Part shown: piece after piece, positions 18,284 through 26,950 of the stretch
How the letters are laid out: each line of letters begins with the position of its first letter
How positions within the stretch are numbered: position 1 is the stretch's first letter
Virus record (IMG/VR): IMGVR_UViG_3300045110_000374
Span: 1 to 62,667 of that record
Reading direction: 5' to 3' (one strand)
Source: a virus
Taxonomy: Duplodnaviria; Caudoviricetes
Length of the DNA: 62,667 nt
Program-made: the position numbers and the translations under genes
The notes under the pieces: model-generated
Databases searched by the model: none
What the model saw: only the letters and a program-made list of their open reading frames with translations
What the model was told of the DNA's origin: nothing

Positions 18284-18493
18284 GACGGACTCCTTCCGTG
18301 TGTGTGCTGTCCTGATTGACTGCACCCCAAGGCCTGAGAAAATGTGTGTGAGTTCTCAGGCTATGGGCTGAAGTCTTAGTTATTTTTGTCGGTTAGCCAC
18401 GAGTGCAGCATGGCCAGAAATATAAAGCCCCCTATGATTTGAAATATCAGGCTCATGTGTCGACTCCCGTGTGTTGTGAAAATTTGTGAGTTT

Positions 18494-18715
18494 TTACGGC
18501 CGCAAGCGTTCCCAGAGCCGGGAATAGTAGCCAATGAAATCCTCGCGTGCGTGGAACGAGTTCGCGCGTGCCATCATCTCATGCGCAATGGTCGCTGGCA
18601 TTTTGCGCGCGAGTGTCGCGTATTCGCTTGTGGGATAGGCATAGGACGCGACGCGCGTTTTTGTGTCGCCCGCGATAAACCCGCCATCGGATTCGAGTTT
18701 GAAGACAATCATCAC
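18494..18715 (-). CDS. Hypothetical protein
   Basis: AYAYPTS.YA segment; purine-rich RBS. Confidence 0.6.
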   Translation of the reverse strand: MMIVFKLESDGGFIAGDTKTRVASYAYPTSEYATLARKMPATIAHEMMARANSFHAREDFIGYYSRLWERLRP

Positions 18716-18722
18716 ACGCCCC

Positions 18723-18854
18723 CTACACGTTAAAAAAATAGTGATAGTTGACCGTTAAGCGGCGGCCGACATAGGCGAAACGCAATCGCTTTCCCTTGGA
18801 CCAAGAAAGCCAAAAGCCGCGCTTGTAGGGATGGTCTCGCATTGTAATTGTCAT
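18723..18854 (-). CDS. Small hypothetical protein
   Basis: AAGGAG RBS shared with the beta-clamp-like gene leader. Confidence 0.5.
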   Translation of the reverse strand: MTITMRDHPYKRGFWLSWSKGKRLRFAYVGRRLTVNYHYFFNV

Positions 18855-18933
18855 GACGGACTCCTTTCCGTTTGAACCCTGGTCCAATTTCCAGGCTAGG
18901 GCGCGCGGCTCGCACGCGCCCAGGTCTGAAAAC

Positions 18934-19359
18934 CTATGCCGCTTTCTTGCCAATGCTTTGCAATGTGGCACGCAGTTCTGTCATTTCGCGCGCGTGGTAG
19001 TGCTCGGCTCGGCTGATGGCTGACAACGTGATGCCAACAGCGTCTAGCTCGTCTAGCTTTGCCCACATAGCTTTTGTGGCTTGCGCGCTGGTCTTAAACG
19101 AGTTTTCCAGAGTCGGGCGTTCTAGGATCGTGCCGAATACGTCAAAGATTGCGTAGCGGTAGCCGCGCTTGGTGTTGTTCATGTCTAGCGCGACACTCTC
19201 CACGATTGCGAACAATAGGCCGTTGTCCACGTGTCTGGCGCTTAGCACGCGCGCTTTGTGCCAGCGCAGCGTATCGTCATCGACGTAGTGCGTGCGTCCT
19301 TGCAGATTGCGTTGAGCGTTCCATTTCGGTTTGCTGGACTCGTTGCGATAGAGGTTCAT
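18934..19359 (-). CDS. Hypothetical protein
   Basis: ATGA-coupled, protein-like composition. Confidence 0.7.
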   Translation of the reverse strand: MNLYRNESSKPKWNAQRNLQGRTHYVDDDTLRWHKARVLSARHVDNGLLFAIVESVALDMNNTKRGYRYAIFDVFGTILERPTLENSFKTSAQATKAMWAKLDELDAVGITLSAISRAEHYHAREMTELRATLQSIGKKAA

Positions 19360-19541
19360 AGCGTTTCCCCTTTGCCATTAAATACCGCGCAAGGCGTCCC
19401 ATTGAGCTTGAGAGCGCGAACGAGCTGTTCGGCATGGTGAGCGTTGAAATAGACGTTGACGGACTTTCCGAACCACACGGTCCAGATCGGGCAAATGAAT
19501 TGCGCCTGGATTTGCTTGGTTTTCTCGCCTTGTTCGGTCAT
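19356..19541 (-). CDS. Hypothetical protein
   Basis: Coupled to the downstream ORF. Confidence 0.5.
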   Translation of the reverse strand: MTEQGEKTKQIQAQFICPIWTVWFGKSVNVYFNAHHAEQLVRALKLNGTPCAVFNGKGETL

Positions 19542-19572
19542 AATGTGCCCCTGTCTTTCGCTGCGGTAAGCA

Positions 19573-20118
19573 ATGAAAAAGCGCCAACCATGGACCGATC
19601 AGCGCCGCGCGGAAGTCGTTCGGCTGTATCGCGACGGCCTAACTCAGTACGAAGTCGCGCAGGCGCTTGGCACGTCACAAGGCAAAGTTTACGAAGCACT
19701 GATTCGCATGAAAGAGCCCACGCGCGGCGATGGCCGGTTCTCGACCGAGCGCTGTTCAGGCGCTCGCAATGCTCAATGGAAAGGCGGGCGAACGATCGAT
19801 AAAGACGGCTACGTTCTTGTCCACACACCAAACCATCCCCACGCCAATAGCGGCGGGTATGTCCGAGAGCACCGTCTTGCCATGGAGAAAGAGCTAGGCC
19901 GGTTCTTGCTTCCGTCAGAAGTCTGTCACCACAAACGTTCGGACGAGCGGGCGAACAATAGTCCAGAGAACCTTGAGCTATTCCCCACGAATGGCGAGCA
20001 TTTGAAGTTCGAGCTTCAAGGGCGTGTGCCGAATTGGTCGCCAGAAGGCAAGGCCCGCTTGGCGAGTGCTGCTCGTAAGCCGCGTGGCCCTCGGAAACAT
20101 GCTGGGCAAGTGCTGTGA
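19573..20118 (+). CDS. HNH endonuclease with N-terminal HTH, opposite to neighbouring genes
   Basis: WKGGR..D.DGYV...HP...GYVREHRL.ME..LGR.L...EV.HH...N..ENL. Confidence 0.9.
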   Translation: MKKRQPWTDQRRAEVVRLYRDGLTQYEVAQALGTSQGKVYEALIRMKEPTRGDGRFSTERCSGARNAQWKGGRTIDKDGYVLVHTPNHPHANSGGYVREHRLAMEKELGRFLLPSEVCHHKRSDERANNSPENLELFPTNGEHLKFELQGRVPNWSPEGKARLASAARKPRGPRKHAGQVL

Positions 20119-20124
20119 AGCTGG

Positions 20125-20328
20125 TCATAGCGCGCCCTCGCTTTCCAGGAACCGCACAAAACGCGGATGGCTCGAAAGCTTCCGGCACGCCATGCACGCG
20201 TCAGCAAATTTCATCGGACGCCATGACGGTGCAAGAAAGCGCACAACACCGTTCTGTGCGTACACCCACACGAGCTCTTTCCCGTAGGACCCGTGAACCT
20301 CTGCTGTGGCAAGGATTTTCATCATCGT
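20125..20328 (-). CDS. Hypothetical protein
   Basis: GAAAGG RBS; first gene of the leftward small-gene cluster. Confidence 0.5.
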   Translation of the reverse strand, partial: TMMKILATAEVHGSYGKELVWVYAQNGVVRFLAPSWRPMKFADACMACRKLSSHPRFVRFLESEGAL

Positions 20329-20436
20329 TCGGACCTTTCCGAATATCGCCACGGCCCATTGCCGCGGCTCATGTCTTACTTATAGGGCACGGTCACGCCT
20401 AGCGCAAGAGAAACCTTCACGCTAAGCCCTCAAATC

Positions 20437-20769
20437 ATGCAAGGAAAACTCTTAACAAACCCCGAAGCAAAGCGGCTTCTGCACCTTCTGAAGAAAGCCG
20501 CGCCACATCTCTTGTTCCAGTATCGTGATCGCGCACGCCATACCGCCTATCAGAACGCTAGGGGGCCGCGTATCTGGGAAACGTTGCGCAGCAAGCCGAA
20601 ACCTTTGGCTGATGGTCCTTCGCAGACAGCGCCGCTAAAGCCTAAGACCGCGCCAGACAACGATTTTTCGGCACAAACGAAGTACACAAAAACCGGCAAG
20701 GCAATTCCGTCTTTTGTCGAACGCGGGAAAGATTGCAAGCTCACGGATAAGCCTAAACACAAGCCCTAG
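20437..20769 (+). CDS. Basic hypothetical protein
   Basis: 110-aa ORF; no motif recognised. Confidence 0.4.
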   Translation: MQGKLLTNPEAKRLLHLLKKAAPHLLFQYRDRARHTAYQNARGPRIWETLRSKPKPLADGPSQTAPLKPKTAPDNDFSAQTKYTKTGKAIPSFVERGKDCKLTDKPKHKP

Positions 20770-20892
20770 TAAAACGCGGATTAGAGCGCTACACAGAAGA
20801 CAATCGGCGCCGCTAAACCACTGATAAAGCACGCAATCGCTGATAATTCCCAATTATGAGCAATTTCCTGAAAGCGCGCTTCCGTGGCGAGC

Positions 20893-20938
20893 GTAGCGGC
20901 GCCCGCAAGCCTTGGGTAGCGGCGCCCGCAAGCCTTGG
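20893..20938. repeat. Perfect 23-bp tandem duplication GTAGCGGCGCCCGCAAGCCTTGG x2
   Basis: Read directly from the sequence. Confidence 0.9.
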
Positions 20939-21064
20939 GACTCCATCGGGACGCAGCCTAAAGTGGGAAAGTCGCTCCCACGTCTTCTTACGCCATTTTT
21001 TCCGGGTAATTTCGCCCCCCTTATGTTACACAGATGATATTATTCGTTGGTGAGGGTGTGGGCG

Positions 21065-21748
21065 ATGCGCGGTAGGCATTTGGATTTTCACGTTAAAGAG
21101 CGCTTTGGGCGGTTGGTGGTGCTGGGTCCGCATCGAATGGGTCGTGTTGGGAAGAAGATTGGAAGCGAGTGGTTTTGCCGTTGTGATTGTGGTGTTGAAC
21201 GCTGGTTTCGCGGCACGAAATTAAGTCGTGGGTTGACGCGCTCATGCGGCTGCGTGGCGACGGAGACCGGCCGAGTGAATTTGCGCCCCCGTTCGCCAAA
21301 ATGGGGTAAGGGCTTACACCGTGAGCCTGGAATAGCGGGCGCTCTGCGGTCGTGGCAGCACATGATAGGGCGCTGTCACGATCCTAAAAGTGATGGGTAC
21401 AAGAAATATGGCGCTCGCGGGATTGTTGTGTGCGAGCGCTGGCGGAAGGATTCGCAAGCTTTTTTGGCGGATATGGGGGAACGGCTCGCTGGTTTGACCC
21501 TAGGTCGGATCGACAACAGCGGGCACTACGAACCCGGAAATTGCCGTTGGGAAACGATGGAGCAGCAAGCGAATAACACCCGGCGAACGCGGTTTTCGCC
21601 TGACGGAGAGCCCTTAGCGTTGGCATGCCGTCGCCTTGGTGTTGATATCAATCTCGTTGGCGGGCGGTTACAGCGCGGTTGGTCTTTTGAAGACGCGATC
21701 TCCGCGCCGGTTAAGCCGAAAAAGAAAACCAAAGCAGCCATTGCATAA
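21065..21748 (+). CDS. HNH-type homing endonuclease (CRCDCG / YGARGI.VC.RW type)
   Basis: FGRLVV..W.CRCDCG..SCGC; W..M..RC..YGARGIVVCERW..F..DMG...TL.RIDN.G.YEPGNCRW. Confidence 0.9.
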   Translation: MRGRHLDFHVKERFGRLVVLGPHRMGRVGKKIGSEWFCRCDCGVERWFRGTKLSRGLTRSCGCVATETGRVNLRPRSPKWGKGLHREPGIAGALRSWQHMIGRCHDPKSDGYKKYGARGIVVCERWRKDSQAFLADMGERLAGLTLGRIDNSGHYEPGNCRWETMEQQANNTRRTRFSPDGEPLALACRRLGVDINLVGGRLQRGWSFEDAISAPVKPKKKTKAAIA

Positions 21749-21775
21749 ACCGGTGCACGGTCGTAAACCCGGTTT

Positions 21776-22081
21776 ATGGGGATGGTCGTGTGCAAGGGAT
21801 GCGGGCAACTGCACGACAGCATGTTGCCGAAGTGTCCACCGAAACCTGTATCCGAAGTCTCTCCCGCAGCTCGGGCTTTGGCGAGTTTGCCTAAGGTAAA
21901 GAAACCCAAGACTGAGAAGTTGAGGGTCGCGAAAGCCGCTTTGAAGGTGACACCCATGACGCGAGCCGACCTCGAAGTGGGCAAGCCGTGTCCCCTGTGT
22001 AAACAGGTTATTCGCGACCGAAAGGGGTACATGCGTGAGTACCAACGGGCATGGCGGGCGAAGCAAAAGAGCACGTCATGA
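21776..22081 (+). CDS. Hypothetical zinc-binding basic protein
   Basis: CKGC..H..C and CPLC, YMREYQR.WR. Confidence 0.55.
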   Translation: MGMVVCKGCGQLHDSMLPKCPPKPVSEVSPAARALASLPKVKKPKTEKLRVAKAALKVTPMTRADLEVGKPCPLCKQVIRDRKGYMREYQRAWRAKQKSTS

Positions 22082-22116
22082 TTATCGTGGCTGACTATCA
22101 CAAAGGAAAGCAGCAG

Positions 22117-22359
22117 ATGGAAAACCAAAAAATCACCGGTTACCGTGACCTCACCCAAGACGAAATCAACGCGATGAACGGCGTGAAGCACCTCGAAGCG
22201 CAGTTTAACGGGCTGGTGGACTTTCTCAAAGCTTTGCCCGGTGCAGACCCGCGCCAAGTGGCACTCGCAGCAACCCACGGCGAAGACGCCTTCATGCACG
22301 CGGTTCGTGCGATTGCAAAGCCCGAGCGTAAAGTATCGCAGTACGTGCCGTTGACGTGA
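22117..22359 (+). CDS. acb2: Acb2-like cyclic-nucleotide sponge (anti-CBASS)
   Basis: MENQKITGYRDLTQDEINAMN.VK.L..QF and DPR..A.A.T...AFM.AVRAIAKP closely follow the Acb2 (PaMx33/T4 Vs.4) family pattern. Confidence 0.85.
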   Translation: MENQKITGYRDLTQDEINAMNGVKHLEAQFNGLVDFLKALPGADPRQVALAATHGEDAFMHAVRAIAKPERKVSQYVPLT

Positions 22360-22369
22360 GGCTTCGCAA

Positions 22370-23005
22370 ATGACTGACGGCGTCAAGATCCCCGAGAGTG
22401 AGGACGAAGCGGCTTTAATGTGCCTTCTTGGGTCCAAGTGGCTTGAGGACCATGCGCCGCACCGTCTTCGCCAGACCTATGTGGATGAGCACAACAGAAC
22501 ACGACAAGCTGAGCGTGAGCGCTGTGCGGAGATTGTGCAGATGGCGCGATGTGCTGACATCGACCAGGATTGGCGGACCGTAATTCATTTCATCGAAGGC
22601 GGAATGTCGATCGATCAAATCAAAAAAGTTTGTGAGGCATTCCCAATGATCTACGCGGTGCAAGTGTTTTTGCTTTCGGGTGCGGTGGTGCATTTGAACT
22701 TTCGTAACAAAGATGCAGGCATGGATGCCTACAGCGCGATTCGCCAAACCAGCGAGCCGAACGTCACGGCTGAAGTTATCGATATCCAAGACGATTTCGG
22801 CAGTCTCTTTCACGCCGAACCGAGCGAAGTGTCGGGCGCCATGTTCATCGACGAAACCGAACTCGCCGAAGCGGCTATTTTACGTGGGCTTTTACAAGCG
22901 CGAACCCAGAAGCTCGCACAGACCAGAGCTGCGGCCGATCCGTCATTGAACGGCGGTGTCGTGCCGGCGCAGACGATCGTCATGCCCGGACAAAGGCGAA
23001 ATTGA
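22370..23005 (+). CDS. Hypothetical protein
   Basis: 211-aa ORF with AERERCAEI phage-like segment. Confidence 0.65.
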   Translation: MTDGVKIPESEDEAALMCLLGSKWLEDHAPHRLRQTYVDEHNRTRQAERERCAEIVQMARCADIDQDWRTVIHFIEGGMSIDQIKKVCEAFPMIYAVQVFLLSGAVVHLNFRNKDAGMDAYSAIRQTSEPNVTAEVIDIQDDFGSLFHAEPSEVSGAMFIDETELAEAAILRGLLQARTQKLAQTRAAADPSLNGGVVPAQTIVMPGQRRN

Positions 23006-23160
23006 TGCTCCCCGTCATAGACGTCGTCGTGGCCAACCGCTGTACAGAGTGCGGCAGCGAAAAATATGTGCTCATTGGGGAATTGCTTTTTAACGAGCAA
23101 GCGTACCTGACGTTCAAAATACGCTGCCTCCATTGCAAGGACTCTCCCCGTGCTGGTTGA
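23005..23160 (+). CDS. 51-aa zinc-ribbon protein (below ORF-track cutoff)
   Basis: TGATG coupling; MLPVIDVVVANRCTECGSEK...IRCLHCKDSPRAG. Confidence 0.6.
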   Translation: MLPVIDVVVANRCTECGSEKYVLIGELLFNEQAYLTFKIRCLHCKDSPRAG

Positions 23161-23401
23161 CCCAAGCCCCGCCCACCGCGAATTTTATAACGACGTGGTA
23201 AGTCTCCTGGACAAACACGCGGGCAAGTGCTCAGCCAAAGAAATGCTCGCCATCGCATCGCAATTGGTTGGAAAGCTGATCGCCATGCAGGACCAGCGGT
23301 CCATGACGCAAGAGATCGCCTTGAAGATTGTTATGGTCAACATCGAAGAGGGTAACCAACAGGTGTTTGACGTCATGAACGACACACAAGGGAGTGCCTG
23401 A
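23150..23401 (+). CDS. Hypothetical protein
   Basis: EMLAIASQLVGKLIAMQDQR..V..NIEEGN, phage-like. Confidence 0.7.
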   Translation: MLVDPSPAHREFYNDVVSLLDKHAGKCSAKEMLAIASQLVGKLIAMQDQRSMTQEIALKIVMVNIEEGNQQVFDVMNDTQGSA

Positions 23402-23789
23402 TGCCTATTTGGTTGAGACGGCTTTTGGTGTGCTGGTGGGGCGGCTGTCCTGGACGGTGCTACACCGACAGGAAATCGACCTATTGGCAGTGCTCTCGCT
23501 GCGGACGGGTGCGATGAACCTCAACGACGCCCTCGCACTACGCCTCACCAAACATTTCGTCCAGGACACCCGTTTGCTTGAAGAGGCGCAAGCGATCATC
23601 GACGAACACGCGAGAACGCTTTTGGGCTCGCCAGATAAGAAGGAAGTCATTCGCCGTGCCGTTGCGCTCATGGGGATGATTGCCAATGTGCGCAGCTCGG
23701 ATCGCGTTGCTATGGTCTTCACCCAGGAAGATCGCGAAACCGCGCGCCTGTTCCTGGCCGAGTTCGAAGGCAAGCCCGGGTGTCCCTAG
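23394..23789 (+). CDS. Hypothetical protein
   Basis: Overlapping operon ORF. Confidence 0.55.
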   Translation: MPDAYLVETAFGVLVGRLSWTVLHRQEIDLLAVLSLRTGAMNLNDALALRLTKHFVQDTRLLEEAQAIIDEHARTLLGSPDKKEVIRRAVALMGMIANVRSSDRVAMVFTQEDRETARLFLAEFEGKPGCP

Positions 23790-23811
23790 CACCCGGGCCC
23801 CTCGTGCGTTC

Positions 23812-24228
23812 CTAGCGCTTGTGCTTTTCATTCGTCTTGTAGACGACGGTGAGCGACGGCAACGCCCCGCCTTCGAAGGTGTGCGAGACACTTTTCATAC
23901 GCGATTGGCCTTCCTCGGCAATCTGACTGGTGACGATTTTCTTCACCTTAACCTCGCCACTGTCGACGGCCGCCACTTGCGCCGCCAGCTTTGCCGGATC
24001 GGCGTAGTCCGGCGGGTCCACCGATACGATGACAAAATCGCCGTCAGCCAAAGCTTGAAGCATGGTCTTGGCGATCGCGGCACCCGCCTTCTGGTCCAGC
24101 ACGTTGCCGCCTTTGCGTCCTGAGTGCATCGAGTGTGCGGTCACGCCCTCGTCCGAGAACTGCGGCGAGCCATTCTTCTTGTTCGGGGCGTTGTCGGCGA
24201 ATTTCTTCAGTGCAGTAGAATGATCCAT
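23812..24228 (-). CDS. Hypothetical protein
   Basis: GGAGG RBS before MDHSTALKK; strong codon bias. Confidence 0.7.
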   Translation of the reverse strand: MDHSTALKKFADNAPNKKNGSPQFSDEGVTAHSMHSGRKGGNVLDQKAGAAIAKTMLQALADGDFVIVSVDPPDYADPAKLAAQVAAVDSGEVKVKKIVTSQIAEEGQSRMKSVSHTFEGGALPSLTVVYKTNEKHKR

Positions 24229-24468
24229 TGTGAACCTCCATGGTGAACCGGCGCGAGCGGCCGTTGTGGTGTGTAGCGCAACTTTAAGGCGATTTGCAAT
24301 TGACGAACGCGTTTCGTTTAGAGATATATTCCAGCCAACAAAAAAGCGAGGCACGCATGCGTTACGATCCTGAGACGGGCGAGAAGATCGGTCCTTATGG
24401 TTGGACGACCATTCTCCTAATGGGCGTGATGGCGGTGATGGTCTTTGGCCTCATTTGGGTTGAGATTT

Positions 24469-24738
24469 ATGGCCACGGCTAAACGCACGCCCCCGATCGC
24501 CCATGTTACCCCTGCGCTGCCCGAACCGGCTAAGGCGACCGTCCGCGCCGACACCTGTGTCAGTTGCAAAGGTGCTCTGCGCGCTGCCGATGGCCATTTG
24601 CGCTGTCATGGCGCCCCGCCCCAAGCCCGCTACGCCAACATGGTGATGGGTGTTGGCCCCTCGGGCGAGGCTATTTGGCCAACGGTCAAAGACAACGATT
24701 GGTGCCTCGCTCACACAGCCAAAGAAGAAAACCCATGA
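24469..24738 (+). CDS. Small Cys-rich phage protein
   Basis: C..C...C...PP...WP.V...DWC..H. Confidence 0.7.
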   Translation: MATAKRTPPIAHVTPALPEPAKATVRADTCVSCKGALRAADGHLRCHGAPPQARYANMVMGVGPSGEAIWPTVKDNDWCLAHTAKEENP

Positions 24739-24992
24739 CGGACACTCTGTCGACCGACCAAGAGCAAGTCGTCAGGGCGCAGGAGACCATCAAGCGCCTG
24801 ACGACGACAATTCGGGCCGTTCAGGTTGTCATGGAGGCCTTGTACGGGTACGCGGAGAAACTTACAGCGGTAGAAAATGGAGAGTACGAAGTTCACAAGG
24901 CAGAGGCGTATCACAATGCCGCCGAGGCCATCCGTTTCGCGCTCTCAGATGAGGTGGACACAAAAGACCGCAAAGTGCCAAAATACGATTGA
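24735..24992 (+). CDS. Hypothetical protein immediately upstream of terminase
   Basis: ATGA-coupled on both sides. Confidence 0.6.
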   Translation: MTDTLSTDQEQVVRAQETIKRLTTTIRAVQVVMEALYGYAEKLTAVENGEYEVHKAEAYHNAAEAIRFALSDEVDTKDRKVPKYD

Positions 24993-26911
24993 TGCCGCCC
25001 AAAGCCCTTGCCGTTCCGACGTCGCAACGCGCTTGGCGCGACCTGTTCGATGAATTCCTCACCAAGCTCCGCATCGACTCCAAAGAGACGGTGGCCGAAG
25101 ACGAACGCGGCTCCGAACTCGAAATGTGGGGTTCGCAGCGCATGTTCCTGGACAACATCTGTATTGGGCTCGACCAAGGCAAGCGCGAATTTCTATGCTT
25201 GAAAGCGCGTCAGCTTGGGGTCTCCACCATAAGCCTTGCGATCCTTCTGTTCTGGCTCGCAATGCACCCTGGGCTACAAGCTGCCCTCGTCGTGGATACC
25301 GAAGAGAACCGGGAGAAGTTTCGGCTAACGATACATCGGTATATTCAAAGCTTTCCAAAGAAGTTTTTCGGTGATTCCTTCGCCATCAAGAAGGGCAAGG
25401 ACAACCGCGCCTTCACGCATTTCACCAACGGCTCGAACCTGGACTATCTGGTGGCAGGCAAACGCAAAAAGACGCTTGGCGAATCGCGCGCCTATAACTG
25501 CGCGCTGTTGACGGAGTGTGCCAACTACGGTGACCCAGATGGCTTGAACTCGTTCGTCAACACGCTCGCGCAAACCCATCCCGATCGGCTGTACCTGTGG
25601 GAATCGACCGCAAAGGGCTACAATCACTGGCACGACATGTGGCTGGAAGCCGGCCGCGACACCCTCACCAAACATAGATTCTTCATCGGCTGGTGGTCCA
25701 AGGACATCAATGCGTACTCGCCGCGAGGCCCGGCGCCGCAACCGGCACTCTTCAAGCAGTACTCTCAGGAAACGCTTTCGCGAGAAGAAAGCGAGATGAT
25801 CGACGCGGTCAAAAAGCGCTACGGCGTGACCATCACCCAAGGCCAACTCGCTTGGTATCGCCACCAGCAGTCCAACGTCTCGGTGCGCGAAGAGTCCATG
25901 CACCAGAATTTGCCTTGGGTTGAAGAACAGGCCTTCGTTTTGACCGGCTATTCGTTCTTTCAAACGCGCGTCCTGCAAAAGGATATGTCCAGGATTCAGG
26001 GCCTCGAACCGGGCAGCGAGCCGGTCAAGTTCAAAGGCTATCGCTTTTGGATCGGGGAAGATTTCTTTTCCACCAAGATGGAGCAGGTTCGCACAGTAGA
26101 CGAGGTGGAATTACGAATCTGGGAAGAACCCTCCAAGCATGGCGATTACGTCATTGGCTGTGACCCGGCATTCGGACGAAACGACAATAAAGATAGGCAC
26201 TGTTGTGAGGTGTATCGCTGCTACGCGGACAAGCTGGTTCAGGTGGCTGAGTACGCCGTCGACAACGTCGAGACCCGGCAAGCCGCATGGGTGCTGGCGT
26301 ATCTCGCGGGAACGTATCGAAACTGCATCTGCAATCTCGAACTCACCGGTGGCCCTGGCTTGGCGGTGTTGGCCGAATTCAACAATTTGCGCAATCAACT
26401 CAACGCCGAGATGTATTCGCAGCGCGTCAAGGACCTCGACTGGGAAGACTTCTTGAACAACGCGCGTTGGTTTTTGTATCACAAAAGCGATTCGCTTTCA
26501 GGCGCAGGTTATGTCGCGGGCTGGAAGACTTCACGCGATAACAAATTCGAAATCATGAACCAGCTTCGCGACCTGCACGTCACCAACGTGCTTATTTTGC
26601 ACTCGCTTCCGTTGACTGAAGAGATGCTGACGTTCGTTCAGGACGGCGGCGAACTCGGCGCGCTCGGCACCAACAAAGACGATCGCGTGTTTGCAAGCGC
26701 GCTAGCAAGTCGCGCATTTATTGATTGGGTAAGAGGCCGAATGTTGAGTGCAAACATGACTTTTGCGCGCGTGCAATCCGGTGAGGCGGGCGACAATTCC
26801 GACCCCGGCGTCGTCGATAGAATCGTTGCTGATTTTTTCAGAAGAGCCGAAGAACGAGCAAACGAAGGCTCGGAACCGCCGCGGTGGATGAAAGAACGAG
26901 GACTGGCGTAA
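24989..26911 (+). CDS. terL: Terminase large subunit
   Basis: LKARQLGVST Walker A, ESTAKG coupling motif, IGCDPAFG and KDDRVFA nuclease motifs. Confidence 0.93.
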   Translation: MMPPKALAVPTSQRAWRDLFDEFLTKLRIDSKETVAEDERGSELEMWGSQRMFLDNICIGLDQGKREFLCLKARQLGVSTISLAILLFWLAMHPGLQAALVVDTEENREKFRLTIHRYIQSFPKKFFGDSFAIKKGKDNRAFTHFTNGSNLDYLVAGKRKKTLGESRAYNCALLTECANYGDPDGLNSFVNTLAQTHPDRLYLWESTAKGYNHWHDMWLEAGRDTLTKHRFFIGWWSKDINAYSPRGPAPQPALFKQYSQETLSREESEMIDAVKKRYGVTITQGQLAWYRHQQSNVSVREESMHQNLPWVEEQAFVLTGYSFFQTRVLQKDMSRIQGLEPGSEPVKFKGYRFWIGEDFFSTKMEQVRTVDEVELRIWEEPSKHGDYVIGCDPAFGRNDNKDRHCCEVYRCYADKLVQVAEYAVDNVETRQAAWVLAYLAGTYRNCICNLELTGGPGLAVLAEFNNLRNQLNAEMYSQRVKDLDWEDFLNNARWFLYHKSDSLSGAGYVAGWKTSRDNKFEIMNQLRDLHVTNVLILHSLPLTEEMLTFVQDGGELGALGTNKDDRVFASALASRAFIDWVRGRMLSANMTFARVQSGEAGDNSDPGVVDRIVADFFRRAEERANEGSEPPRWMKERGLA

Positions 26912-26942
26912 CCCCACATAAATTGCTGTGTGAGGTTACGCC
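26905..26942. terminator. Long hairpin closing the pentamer array and the convergent terL transcript
   Basis: GGCGTAACCCCACATA-aattgc-TGTGTGAGGTTACGCC inverted repeat. Confidence 0.7.
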
Positions 26943-26950
26943 TCGTCCCT

